DNA of 64,000 bases from Bugula neritina (Eukaryota; Animalia; Bryozoa), in assembly GCA_964035545.1 (NCBI GenBank), contig OZ037770.1, forward strand, positions 3,752,662 through 3,816,661, written 5' to 3'. Positions 40,601 to 54,400 of the stretch are shown here, piece by piece. Position numbers and translations under genes: made by a program. A model generated the notes under the pieces. That model searched no databases, was not told the origin of the DNA, and saw only the letters and a list, made by a program, of their open reading frames with translations. The stretch's first letter is position 1, and every line of letters begins with the position of its first letter.

Positions 40601-43600
40601 TCTACTTCAATGCCTTCTTTTGTCAATTCCAACAGAATCAACCAGAAAGAGCTAAATGCTCCGGTCAAAGACAAAACTTTCTCATTCACTTCTTCCCAGA
40701 TCAATGGCAAAAGCTTAACAAAGTGCTGACTACTTAGAAGAAGCGAGCTCTTTATCATTTCAAACTCAGCATACTGGTCATCCTTTCCAATCTCATAAAC
40801 ATCTCCACTGGCAAAAACCTTTCCATTTGATGAATTGAAATGCTGTATTTTCGAGAAATTTTCATCTGAACTTTTCTCTTCATTGAGAACTTCTTTGCAA
40901 AGCTGTTCAGATATGCTAAGAAAGCTTTCTTTAAGCTGTTGAAACTGTTCACTCTGAAACTTATCCTTGTGTGTGAAGACAAGCTTAGGTGGGCCAAGAG
41001 ACGGATGGGCTAGATAGAGGTGAGACATGAAGTCAAAGGCCAACTTTCTGACAGCCTCTTTCTTTGTAAACTCATTTGAAATCTGGTCATACTGCTCCAT
41101 GTTGACTACAATTACCGGTACACAATTCTGTCTCAGTGTTAAATGGTATGTGATATGGTAGACCTCCTGGCCTCCCATATCTATGAGACGAAGAGTTGTA
41201 TCATCCACCTCCACCTCTTCTACATTGAACACTTTTGTGGTCTCATCATACTCTGCATTCGAACTTCTGTCAGTCAGAACTCTCTTCCTGTCAGTGCTTT
41301 GCAATGTTCGAATTAGACTGGTTTTACCTGCCATGGTGTTCCCCAACACTGCTACTGTAGCAAATGGCAGATTTCTACCAGCACCCTTAGCCAAATCTGT
41401 GTAGTAGTGTCGCACAGCATCTAATCCTCTCCTACAGACTTCTAGTGGAGGAGATGTAAGAGCATTGCAACCATGTATATGCAGTGTATGGAGACGTGTT
41501 AGCTGTAGCATCTCAGGGTTCAAAGATGTCATGGACTCATTGTACAATATATCAAGTGTTTGCAGATTACTCAATGCACACACTGAAGATGGTAGACTGG
41601 TGAACTTATTGTTTGATATGTCTAGTGTCTGCAACTTTTGTAGATTCTGTATCCTAATAATATATTATATATTCACATTATCAGCACATGCTAGAGGTAA
41701 GTGAGATATAATTATAGCTGTCATAAATCTACAATGATAGTAAAACTATTATACACAGAATGTAGATGTATACGACGTGGCAATGGCTAAAGTGACCTTA
41801 TTATATAAAACCCTTTAAAGTAGTATTAGTCTAGAAGTAACCGCCCGAAAAGTGCTCAAAAAATTGGGTTAATACACTTTACTAGGTGGCCACTCAAAAA
41901 AAGTTGTTTCTAGATCAATATTCTGTGTTGATTCTGAATCTACAAACTCTAGAATTCTATCTCTACCCAAACTCAAGTTATTGCAAAAAACAAATCGGCA
42001 TTTTGGATGGGTGATAGAAAAAAATGTGGATTGTGCAAAATAGTATCCAATTTTATCAAGCTATCTTGAAGAAAAAATATTTGTTGAAGTATCAAAAATA
42101 ACTGCCTCTTACTTAGAATTCTATGCTAATACTAAATTTAAAGACTGTAAGAGGCTATCTCAAATTATAACCAAGTTGTTTATATAAACATATATAGTCT
42201 AGAAGTAACCTCCCAAAAAGTGCTCAAAAAGTTGGCTTATTACACTTTACTAAATGGCCACTCAAAAAAAGTTGTTTTTAGATCAAAATTTTGTGCTGAT
42301 TCTGAATCTACAATTTTTAGAATTCTATCTCTACCCAAACTCTAGTTATTGCAAAAAACAAATCGACGTTTTAGATGGGTGATAAAAAGAAATGTAGATT
42401 GTGCAAAATAGTATCCAATTTTATCAAGCTATCTTGAAGAAAAAATATTTGCTGAAATATAAAAAATAATTGCCTCTTACTTAGAATTCTATGCTGATAT
42501 TGAATTTAAAAACTGCAAGACGCTATCTCAAATTAAAAATCAAGTTGTTTATATAAACACATGTGTTTGTTATGAATCGACATATTGCATGCGGCATAAG
42601 CATGCAGAATAATTGTATGACCAAGCTATTTATACAAAAATAAAAGCAAAGTCATGCTGATGTGTGAAAAAACTATATTTATAAAATCATTGTACAAAAT
42701 AAATGTTGAAATGAATAAATATTGAAATATTTTGAGCTCAGCCCAAGTGAACCATTTGCTAGTCTGTCGGTAGCCGTTAAACGTCTGCAAAAATCAACAA
42801 GATTCTGTAAAATTATTTAGAGGAACAGAAGCATGAAAGATTATCAAAATCAAATTGGTTGCAAGCAGCAAAATATATAACAAATGTCTAAAAATAGTGC
42901 TTTATTATAAAAAAGTATTCTCGCCATCATTGTCATTGCCATCAGTCTCATCAGCTCCTTCCCCAATATAGAGCTTCTTTTCAGACAATCCTTACATTGA
43001 CAAACATCAGTGCATGCACTGCATTTGAGATTTCTGACATCCACATCTTGATATGTTGCAGCTGGTCTTACAGGAGCAGTTTAAACTTTGCAATATACAT
43101 GTTCAGGTGCGAAAGCTTGAATCATCTACTTTATATTTATGTTGCCATGATTCTCAACAATCTTTTCATAATGTTCTGGGGTGGTGCATCAATATAAGCT
43201 GTTGTCACTCTTCTTCAAATAGCTGCCTGATAATTTGCTCTTTTTACATGCAAATTTAATTCATCTTTTGTTGGAGGCAAACTCTATTAAGTTATTTTAG
43301 ATGGTGAACGAAATACAGTGTATCATACATTATCTATATATTATATGGATTTCCTGCTCCATAAAGCTTATAGACAAATTGTTCTATTTCAGCCGCTGTA
43401 ATGGCTTACAGCTTAAAATACTTCCCAAGGTGTTCAAAGTTTCCCATACATTATGGATATTTTCTCAAAAAAGAGTAGGCTGTGCGATATCCTTTTTCAT
43501 AAAAAGCACTATAGTCAAATAAAAACCTGTTGAAGCATGAAATCTACTAAGTGCTGCACACAACTACGGTTTGGATTTACTTGCTGCAATGTTGACATCC

Positions 43601-46600
43601 AAATATCTAATATGATTATGGTTTCTTCCCAGATAGACGCTATTTTTATTTTGTTACCATATATATTAATATTACCTATATAACTGAGGAATTGATTGCT
43701 AATATGCTAATAGCTATATGTAGTAATACATTAATAATAGACACTATCTTTAATGAATACTTATTAGCAAAATATATTTTCAAACAACAGACAAGATGTA
43801 TAAAATAATATACAAAATTAATAAGTTAATGCAAATCAAAAGAATTTATTTATGTGTTAAATAACAAGCAATTAATCCAAGTTTATTTAAATATGCATAT
43901 GTTTCAATAATATTAAAATAAGTTGCACATGAAAATACATTTTACCAAAATAAATAACTAGCGTCTAAGTAGAAAATTTAGTCTAGCCTCTTTCTGGCAT
44001 GACACCATGATTACCACACCCGTGAAAAAATATAATTGGTAAGAAGGTGATGTTTTGCAAATAGCGAGACTTAGGATGAAAAGTTGAGATTTGATTATTA
44101 TACGTGAAATTATGATGTTTATAAGATATTTTGCATGTAAAAAAGTTTGTGTATCTGCTCCCTCATGATCTAATTGTAAGCATTTGAGTTGTGCTTTCTT
44201 AGGAATTCTACCATGTTTGGTAAAATTGTAGCTGAAAGCAGTTATTTTTGGTATGCATCAACTATAATAACAATATTGTTCTCTAATATATAATATTTTT
44301 ACTCCATGTTTCACACAAAAATGAACCAGTCTCAAACTCAGCTTATTTTAATTTGGGGATAAGAAATTATTATTTTTGTAACAAATGGCACACATGAAAA
44401 AAGTACATGCCTATGATCTTTGAATGAGGCAGCCCAAGATCATTTTTCTAATGCATGGGTGGTCTAAATATAACCATATAATATATTAAAAATTATAGGA
44501 AAGCTTTAGGGTATTTCTTCTGTAACTATAACTGAGATAAATTGGCTCTAGAGTCATTATATCAAGATAGTATAAAAATATGCATTCTAACCAATAGCAT
44601 TGTTTTAAAAACCAAATTGCTTATGTATAATATATAGTTCAGCTTAAATTTATTGGCAAAGCTCAATTATACATTTTTAAAATATTATCTTCCTGAGTCC
44701 AGATCAACCAGCTCATGCTTCTCATTACTTTTTTGTAAAAGTAGTTATTATAATAAAAATGGTGAAGAAAATCATTATCAGACACAACTTTACTTATAAT
44801 TCGCCTTTTTTATAGCCGATCAATAATAATGTTTGCCTTATAACTAATAAACCCATTCCTTTGCTTGTTTTCGTCCATATAATCCACTTATTTCAGATTT
44901 TTTCACAAGAAAATCACTAGAAATAAACTCAGAGAAGTGAAAAACACATCTATGATTAACTGCAAAAGTTTTTGCTTGTATATAATATAATAAACTAGCT
45001 TCAATAATTTCAAGATAATAAATTAAATATTATTTAATGGATTTGGACAAAGTTGTGGGGAAACAACTCCTGTAACATTTTAAAGAGTTTTGTGACTAAC
45101 CGGGTGGATAGAAAAATTTAAAGTTTTTATAGAAGAAAAGTGAAAAAAGTATCTATAACTATCAGCAAATTTATTTTGCTTATATAAAATAAAATAGCTT
45201 GAATAATTCCGAAATATTTAGCCAATTCACAAAAACATTAGGAGAAAACAACTCCTGATTAATTTTAAAAGTTTAAAGCGTTTTTGTGGCCAACTGGGTG
45301 CACAGAACAGTCTGGAGTTTTCACAGATTAATTAGGACCCTTCAAACTTTGTATTTCTAAAGAAATTGCGTGGCCACCCCTCAAAGTGTAATGAGTGAAA
45401 GATAATTGGAGGTTACTTCTAGACTATATGGGATATAATTGTAATTCTACAATTTTCATTTATTGATATTCTCACAATTTTCAAGTGTTATTTTTGATAT
45501 TTCAAATCATTTACAACACTACAATTACAATGAATTGGTAAAAGATATTAAAAAAGTAATTTAAGTGTCACAATTCATAATGCTTCCGTAGACAATGTTG
45601 TTTTATATAACATGTAGTTGAGTATAACTGCTTAGACTGATATTTTATTAGATATGTGTGGTATATATTATAAATATGTACTATATATAATACAGTTATA
45701 ATCAAACTATATAGAGGCAAAGTTATTATGCATGAGTCTGCATGAAGTATTACAGAAAGTATGCCAGAGAAAAACACAATACTCAGCATTACACTTTAAC
45801 AAACAATGCTAAGAAATACACATTAATAGTTGTTGAACAGAAAGTTCAATTTTTATCAACTTTGCTATATGATGAACTACAAGTTCAGGGTACTATTGCA
45901 CTGTCTTGCAAGGATATTACGTGTGCATTCTTTAAAGGACAGTTTTGTAAATTATAAGGGAAAGCGAATTATTGAACATATTATAGATATGAACAACTTG
46001 TTATGTATATACCATTTCTAGCTTTACAGAGGAGAGGTATGGACACTATAATGTAGTTTAATTGTGTTGACTATTTTGCTAAAAATTGTTTTAAATAGTA
46101 ACTCTATTGTGACACACAAACCTCTCAGGTGGAGTAGATAATTCACACTGCATCATATTCAACTCTTTAAGTGATGTGAGTGATGACACAACTTCTGGTA
46201 CTGTGTTGAGAGGATTGTCTTTTATGTATAGTTTTTCTAACTGAGTTAGCTGACATAGACTATAAACATACAGTGTTTGATATATTTAGTTTCGCCTATT
46301 CAGGATACAATTACTAGAGTTACTATAACTACCACATGATTATGAGGGATAAAAAACTATACTATCAATTTATTCCTTCATAATAGATCTATATAATGTA
46401 ACATACTATCATAACGCTTGACTACTAGGTAAAAGTATAACAGTTTATTATAATAGTACACAAGTATTCATTTTTAAACTCAGTGAATACTACGTAATAA
46501 ACTAGAAATTATTGCTTACTATTAATTACATTTTTATAGCACAACAATATATAATAGCATAAAACCTTAAAATTGCATTATTCCCAAATATTTTAAACCA

Positions 46601-49600
46601 TTGCATATATGTGTGTGTAACTTCAAAACATTGCACATCATATTTTTCAATTATACAATGGCATATACCATAATAACACTTGGTAAGCATATATAAAGTT
46701 GTCAAATAATGAATGTTTTAAACAATACAAAATCTGTGACAAACAAACCTCTTAGGTAGAGTAGATAATTCACAGCCTCCCAAATCCAACACTTTAAGTG
46801 ATGTGAATGATGACACAACTTCTGGTACTGTGTTGAGAAGATTATCTCCTATGTATAGTATCTCTAACTGAGTCAGCTGGCACAGACTGTAATATATAGT
46901 ATATGATATACATGTAGTCTGCATTACTATAATATTCTATACTATATTCACATTTTGTTTTCAACCAGATAAAACTATATACAACTCAACTACCAAGCAA
47001 CTTATTGTAGCATTGTACATGCAGAGCATGAGAAGTTAACAGTTTATTATAATAGTATACAAGTATTCAATTATTATATATACTCAGTGTGTGAATACTA
47101 ATCAACTATACAACTGCTTACTATTATTTACATTTTTATAGCACAAGAATATATTATAATGATATACCTCAAATTATGTTATTTTCACAATATTACAGAC
47201 CATATTTTATATAGAATTAATAAATTGCATTTCACATATTTTTCAATCATATAATGACATAACCTAATTGTACTTGGTGAGGAACTATTTTCTGATTTCA
47301 AGTATTAAATGTTTCAAACAATACAAAAACTGTGACAAACAAACCTCTTAGGGAGAGTAGATAATTCACAGCTACTCATATTCAACTCTTTAAGTGATGT
47401 GAGTGATGACACAACTTCTGGTACTGTGTTGAGAGGATTGTTTCCTATGTATAGTTTCTCTAACTGAGTCAGCTGACACAGACTATAAACATACAGTGTT
47501 TGATATATTTAGTTACACATATTATGCAGAGTACAATTACTAGAGTTACTATAACTAGCACATGATTATGAAGGATAAAAAACTATACTATCAATTTATT
47601 TCTTCATAACAGATCTATATAATGTAACATACTACCATAACGCTTGACTACTAGGTAAAAATATAACAGTTTATTATAATAGTACACAAGTATTTATTTT
47701 TAAACTCAGTGAATACTATAACTAATAAACTAGAAATTATTGCTTACTATTTATTACATTTTCATAGCACAGCAATATATAATGGCATATAACCTTAAAA
47801 TTGTGTTATTCCCACAACATTATAAACTATTGCATATATTATTTGTGTAACTTCAATACATTGCATTTCATATTTTTCAATTATATAATAATTGACATAC
47901 CGTAATAACACTTGGTATAAGCATATAAAGATGTCAATTATTGAAGGTTTCAAACAATAAAAAGAATTAGCAATACAAACCTCTCAGGTAGAGTAGATAA
48001 TTTACAGCCCCCCATTTGCAACTCTTTAAGTAATGTGAATGATGACACAACTTCTGGCACTGTGTTGAGAGGATTATATGCTATGCCTAGCGTCTCTAAC
48101 TGAGTCAGCTGACATAGACTGTAATATAAAGTGTATGATATATATGTAGTCCTCATTACTATAATATTTTATACTATATTCACATTTTGTTTTCAACCAG
48201 GTAAAACTATATACAACTTAGCTACCAAGCATCTTATTGCAGCATTGTACATGCAGAGCATGAGAAGTTAACAGTTTATTATAATAGTATACAAGTATTC
48301 AATTATTATATATACTCAGTGTGTGAATACTAATCAACTCTACAACTGCTTACTATTATTTACATTTTTATAGCACAACAATATATAATGACATACCTTA
48401 AATTACGTTATTTTCACAATATTACAGACCATATTTCATATAGAATTAATAAATTGCATTTCACATGTTTTTCAATCATATAATGACATAACCTAATTAT
48501 ACTTGGTAGGAAACTATTTCATGATTTCAAGTATTAAATGTTTCAAACAATACAAAAACTGTGACAAACAAACCTCTTAGGGAGAGTAGATAATTCACAG
48601 CTACTCATATACAACTCTTTAAGTGATGTGAGTGATGACACAACCTTTGGTACTATCTTGAGAGGATTCCAGCTTATGTCTAGTTTCTCTAACTTAGTCA
48701 GCTTACATAAACTGTAATATAAAGTGTGTAATATATGCATATATTACACACTTTATATTACAGTCTAGACTACATGTAGTCTCTTGTATCATATATTGAC
48801 ATATTCTGTACTCAGCTATAATGTAAAATATGTAGCAAACAATTTTGTTGAGACAGGGTAAGCAGCAAAAAAATGCTATTATGCCATGTTATAGGTGTAA
48901 TGGGTGCCCTGTGTATAATTGAGTGATTAGATGTATATGTATATAGACATCCTGTTTGTTTAATAGATAAGGGCTACTCTACAATGTAATGCTAATATAT
49001 AGTATGATTTATAATAATAAATGGTATAATTTGTTATAGCTAATCTGACACAAATTAGCATGTATTTAATACTCTGAAAATATTTTATTTTTAAGTATAT
49101 GGCTACATATAATATGCTTATATATATTATGTATTGCAAACAAAAACCTTCTGTATAATCCTGCATGTATACATGTACTGCAATAATATTATGTTACTTC
49201 TGTATTCAACTACATAAAACATGTTTTAATTTATGATAAGATGTGTAACACTACAGACAGTTTCCCACTGTCTAGTTTCTACAACTCGTTCAGCTGGTAG
49301 AGATACAATGTTATACATATTACTATAGCTTTATATAGTGCATGATTACATCATGAGTAAGAATAGACTTCAGCATTGACTCAGACACATACATCGTGGG
49401 TGATAATTATCACAACTAAACTCATTTAACATTTACACAGCTATCATAATAGATACTTACTTGTCTAGACTTGCTCTGTCAGTCAGGCCAGAAACACATA
49501 GACACAGGGCTTTACCAGCAACCTCTCCAATGTTGTTTGGAATATTCCCTATCAGTCTAAGATCTGTGATATGATAACTCCCAATTTCATGTTTCACCTC

Positions 49601-50509
49601 AGCAGCAGTATATGATTTGGTATTAGCATACATAGCATACTGTACATCCCACCAGTCTACAGGAGGCTGACCAGAATGTCTGAACCAGATTCTCATATTC
49701 TCTGTAACATCATACAGTGACAGTGTGATTATTACACTGTGCTAGCAGGTGATGTCTGTCATTCTGAAACCTGTTACATACATCTATTATTTGCTGTGTG
49801 TAAGACACTACAGCTATATATAGACATGCCTGGCTACTTTAGGTTCATGAAAGTAAAATCTGCAAATTTAAAATGATCTCTAATTCCCTGAAAACAACTG
49901 CTCTGTGTAAAATCTTTGAAATTATGCTGCTTCGGTTTCAATAAAGACCCTTTTAAATAATGTTGACATATATTATACATTGTATAAATATATAAAGACA
50001 TTTTAAAATCGATGAGTTTAAAGCAGACAAAAACACGCTGAATTATCATTTCACATCCAAGCATGCACAAAAAAGGTACAAATAGCAACATCAAGTTAAA
50101 AGTTTCTATATCCGACACTGCATACTTTCTACCCCATGAGTCACACAGCCAATGTTTACAGGATGATTCTAGAAACACATGGACTAGTATATAGTTAGAA
50201 CACTTTCTGATAGTGAGATATATAGAACTGATTATTTGAATGTTACTCATATTTTTACTATGGAAACAAGCAAACCATAGAAAAGTTTTTGAAAACTCTT
50301 GTCTCAATAGGTAAAACTTTTACTAGTCTTGCTAAAATGAGATTCATACCCATGCAGAGCTGGTTTTGTTCATACCTATATTCAAATAAATGCTAAGTAT
50401 TGTCTAAATACAAATAGTAACAACCAGTAGATAACTTTGGTTGAAAGCAAAACTTGTAACTTGGCTTTTCAACAAAAATTTATTAAAACAACTCACCATC
50501 TGTTGCCAT
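35328..50509 (-). CDS. LRR-Roc-COR-(pseudo)caspase fusion protein, copy 2, apparently intact (15 coding exons, 1356 aa)
   Basis: Exons 50509-50497, 49701-49461, 48711-48574, 48118-47981, 47482-47345, 46886-46749, 46259-46122, 41653-39648, 39374-39288, 39086-38932, 37685-37515, 36990-36768, 36578-36348, 36002-35899, 35477-35328 (TAA). Lengths sum to 4071 nt, every junction is GT-AG and phase-compatible, and I found no internal stop. Confidence 0.85.
39648..41653 (-). CDS. 2006-nt exon: 3 terminal LRRs + Roc GTPase + COR, copy 2
   Basis: ORF 39619-41634 with GNTMAGKTS, DMGGQ, THKD, LTYMHDCGKVLWY and a C-terminal CICGHC. Confidence 0.9.
41827..45426 (-). mobile_element. Degenerate Academ-like DNA transposon (3600 bp) in an intron of copy 2 only
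   Basis: Perfect 16-bp TIRs TAGTCTAGAAGTAACC / GGTTACTTCTAGACTA. 3-bp TSD TAT (41824-41826, 45427-45429); the empty site in copy 1 near 4722-4730 reads GTAGTATGG. Minus-strand remnants ALSRFHASTG, LPPTKDELNLHVKRANYQAAI and NCSCKTSCNISRCGCQK..CTDVCQCKDC resemble the Academ transposase C-terminus. Confidence 0.8.
46122..48711 (-). CDS. Array of five 138-nt LRR exons, copy 2
   Basis: Exons 48711-48574, 48118-47981, 47482-47345, 46886-46749 and 46259-46122 are all phase 2-2 and open. Two of them are missing from the ORF track and were read by hand. Confidence 0.9.
49461..49701 (-). CDS. N-terminal cap exon of the ROCO-caspase gene, copy 2
   Basis: MRIWFRHSGQPP...SLD; donor AA|gtaagt; homologous to 8008-8230. 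Confidence 0.7.
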
Positions 50510-51482
50510 GGTTACTAAAGTTTTTACTGCTGATTTATTTCAATTCTGTAAATCTGAAGGTTGGTAGCTCCACCTGTACAACAGGTATAAAATAAAAAGT
50601 ATTATATAAATCATTGCTACATAGAATATACCAATGTACATGCCCATTTCTATAAGGAGTAGATGTATAATCAGTCAAGAAAAATAAACTTAAGTAAACC
50701 ATAGGTATTTACTTATGTATGTATTTATGTATGTAGGTATTTAGGTATGTACGGAGTTAGGAATGTAATACGTCTATAGGTATGTATGTATTTATGTATG
50801 TATGTATTCATGTATGTAGGTATTTAGGTGTGTAGGTATTTAAGTATGCAGCTATGTGGGTATTTAGGAATGTATGTATTTAGGTATATGTATATATATT
50901 TAGGTGTGTATGTATTTAGGTATGTAGGTATTTAGGTATGTAGGTATCTGGGTGGGTATGTAAGTCTGCAAACTCTTACTGACACAGTATACAGCTGCCT
51001 ACTCGGTCACCTTAATTGTAGGAGGGAACTAGGTAACTCATCTGGCTGGACTGTGTGACAACAGATATGACTTTGAATCAATACTTTGTATATCTCTGTC
51101 TCACTGCAATATGAATAATTTACAAATTGTACTGAAGTCTTAAAATGAGTGTAATAAAAATATTCATACGCTGAATTATCATTTTATATCCATGCATGCA
51201 CAAAAAAAGTACAAATATCAAAATCAAGTTAAATCTTTCTATATCTGACACTGCATACTTCCTACCCTATAATCACTTTATATAATATTATATGCTCAAC
51301 TAACAATTGATGAAATTTGCAGACCTAAAAAATAATATGTTGGCTGCGATATTATATGTATCTGCCAATATTATGTACTTTAAATAGTAAACTATTTAAT
51401 AGTCAACAGTTAATTCTATACCAATTCTAATAATTTGGTCAATTTTGAACAATTAAGTAGAAAACATAACTCCTTGTATTAT

Positions 51483-54400
51483 AGAGAAGAGATTGTCTTG
51501 AAATGTGTAGAAATAACTTTATTGTAGATAGCCATCTCTAAGAGTTGTATATATCCAGCAAGCTCCAGCTGTAGAATGACTCTAAACACTGCGAGCTTGC
51601 ACGCTTATAAACTCAGGAAACAATCCTTCCAGAAAATTCTACCAATCTTCGACCAAAAATAGGTCATGTCAAGTGTGCCGGAGTCTCCGATAGGATGCTG
51701 ACACTCTGACATGACCAATATTGGTCACGTCAGACATGTCGGAGGTTCGACATGCCTGGTCTCAGACGAAGACCGGTTTACAGCATACGAAATTAAAGTT
51801 GAGAAAAAAGTTAGGCTAAATAATAGTAAAGTTAAAGACAACTCCAAAAATTTCCCGACTCAACCTCCATCGAAAAGTATCTTTTTTTGATAACTAGCAA
51901 AAATGACACACAGTGAAATGAAATGTATACAATAAAATATAATAAAATAACTAAAGTATATACACGTCACAATGCAAAGAAATGAAGTCACACATATATG
52001 TATAATAAAATAAAACCAAATACACAAGCTACTACCAAATTAAATAACAAATTAGGTGAGAATATTGTTCATACATATATACAATAGTACATAGCATTGT
52101 CGCCTCTCTCCATCGGCCGTATAAGCTGAGACACTTGGTCTACATGGGGGGCTACATCTGCTGCCATGGTAGCTTGATGTTTTTTGACTTCTTCCCCAGT
52201 GTTGTTGTTGTTGTTTGCTCGGGCACCGGACTGCCGTTCACCTGAGACAGAGTAGAGGTTGCCCGGCAGGCTAAAAACCCAAGAACAAAAGCTACCTGTT
52301 TGTGGGGTTCCCCACGTGTGGCAAGATCGAGTTGCAGAAGTCGAGGAATAAATGCTGACTGGGTGATGGTCGCTGGAATGTTTTCGTTTTTGGTCTTCCT
52401 AATTTTCGGCCGACAGGCCAGAAACCAAAAAGCAAGAACTGCCTGTTGGTGGGGCTCTCTACATGTGACAAGATTAGCTCCCTGAACTCGGAGAAGATGG
52501 CTTCATCAACCACAAACACCTTGCCCATGTGGCAACAGGCTATGTTCTGGTGGGCAGTATATATTTCTGTTGGTATGAATACTCACCGCATGGTGAAATG
52601 CTGAGGGATCACGTGCAGTCTAAGTCTCCGGTGGATGGAAAACCTCCTTCTACACTACTCACAACACGTTCAGTCAATCCGGAGTCGTGTCTCACTGGTT
52701 GTCCAGTGCTGCTGCGAGGTGGACAGCCTGAGTAGCTTTAAGACCTGACTGTACTCCTCTTTGCCATCAGGTTGGTTAGTGCTAGCTGTCCCACCACCTA
52801 GGATTGTCTGTTCCTTTCCCGCAGACTGTTGCAGGTCTACGGGGTGGAGGACATACTCATCTGCAATGACACGGGGGCTGTAACCATCTGGGAAAAATCT
52901 TTTGGGCTGTTATTAACCATGCAAGGGTTCTGCAAAAAGTAAGATTAAATACGACTTCATCCTGCATCTTCACAATTCATATTTGACTCTAAGAGAGAAG
53001 GCAGAGACCGATTGAGGCCAATCTCATTGTTGCAGAAATTTATCATTTGTTTGTATGGTGCCCTCATACACACAGGTAGCTCAGTCATACCTAGAAAAGT
53101 TGTTAATCCCACCTCCTAATTTAGAAGGTAATCATGAAGAGGCTCCTCTTTGAGTTCTACCAGAGCATCCTCACAGTCCACCAACTCAGTTTCAATTCAA
53201 CTGATTGTTCACTGATTACTGTAAGGCGTGCTAGATTCCAAAGATAGAGGATCTAGCCCAAAAGAAATACCTGGCTGACTAGAGCTGGTGGTTTTTTGAG
53301 TAAATCTCATGCTGTGGCAATAGTCATCAAAAAAACATGTCTGTTCAATGTGGAGTCTTGAGTTGAAATGCCCGAACCGTGTGTTATCAGGTGTTCATCT
53401 GACAACCCTACGATTGCGCACTTTGGACTGATATTTTTCCAGAGCGCTCCACTCAATAAATGTGGTTGGGCAAGACATCCAGCACCCAGTAAGGTCAAAC
53501 GAACTTGAGCTGAAGCTCATCTGACTGTCCACAACACCTAAGATAACTGATCAATCAAACCTCGTCTCCTACTCGTTAGGAAGTCACCCACCATTTACGG
53601 AGGAGACGTCCTCCAAGTCTCCTATCGGCGCCTTCTATTGATTCTCCTGCCAAACTTCATGGGCTGTACTTATCCTCTCTATCAGTTTCTCCATATACGT
53701 ATGTAGTGGGTACTTGAGCACTGGAACATGGTATATCAGATGCGCGGGAACCCTGGTTTCTCTGGCAAGCATCAAAAGGTTCAGGGGCTTCTGTGTGCTA
53801 AAGTGGGGCATGCTGCGGTAGGCCCGCATGATTTGTGGCAGCACCGCATTCAATCCGTTTGACTCCTGCTTAAGTTTAGGCTCATGAGGGCATCACGCGA
53901 TATCCTGTTGTTGAGTTCCACAATTCCGTTCACTTGCAGATGATATAAATTCTTTGCTCCAGTTCACCCCCTTTATCTAGCAGAGGTAACCCATTAGTTG
54001 GGACTGAAACAGGGTACCCTGGTTTGTATGAATATTTTCTGGTAACCTAAAATAACAAAACACATGTAGGTCCAGAGCCTTAGCCATTGTGGGGGCTGAC
54101 GTGTCTTGAATAGCCTGTGCGTCTGCCCACTGGCTGAAGTGGTCTGTGAGAACCAGTACCCAGGTGTTATCTCTGTCAAATAACAGCATAGGACCGACTA
54201 AGTTTACCCCCGATTTTTGCCACAGTCGACAGGCATACAGCTGCGTTAACTAGTGTAGCCAACTGAGGACCTGCTCCATGAGTCATTGGAAAGTTGCCGG
54301 GGCAGCCAATTATCCACATGACAGTACTCTCCAGTTTCACAGCCTATCAATCATGGGCAATGCATGCTGCCTGTTGCGTAGGGTCAGAACAGAGAGGTAT

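Noticed and set aside
39619-41634. Calling the ROCO gene LRRK2, DAPK1 or MFHAS1
   Set aside because: No kinase, WD40, ankyrin or death domain is seen, and orthology cannot be shown without phylogeny, so no symbol is assigned.
49834-50307. 157-aa ORF upstream of the cap exon
   Set aside because: Lies in an AT-rich intron, is not open in copy 1 and has no recognisable motif.
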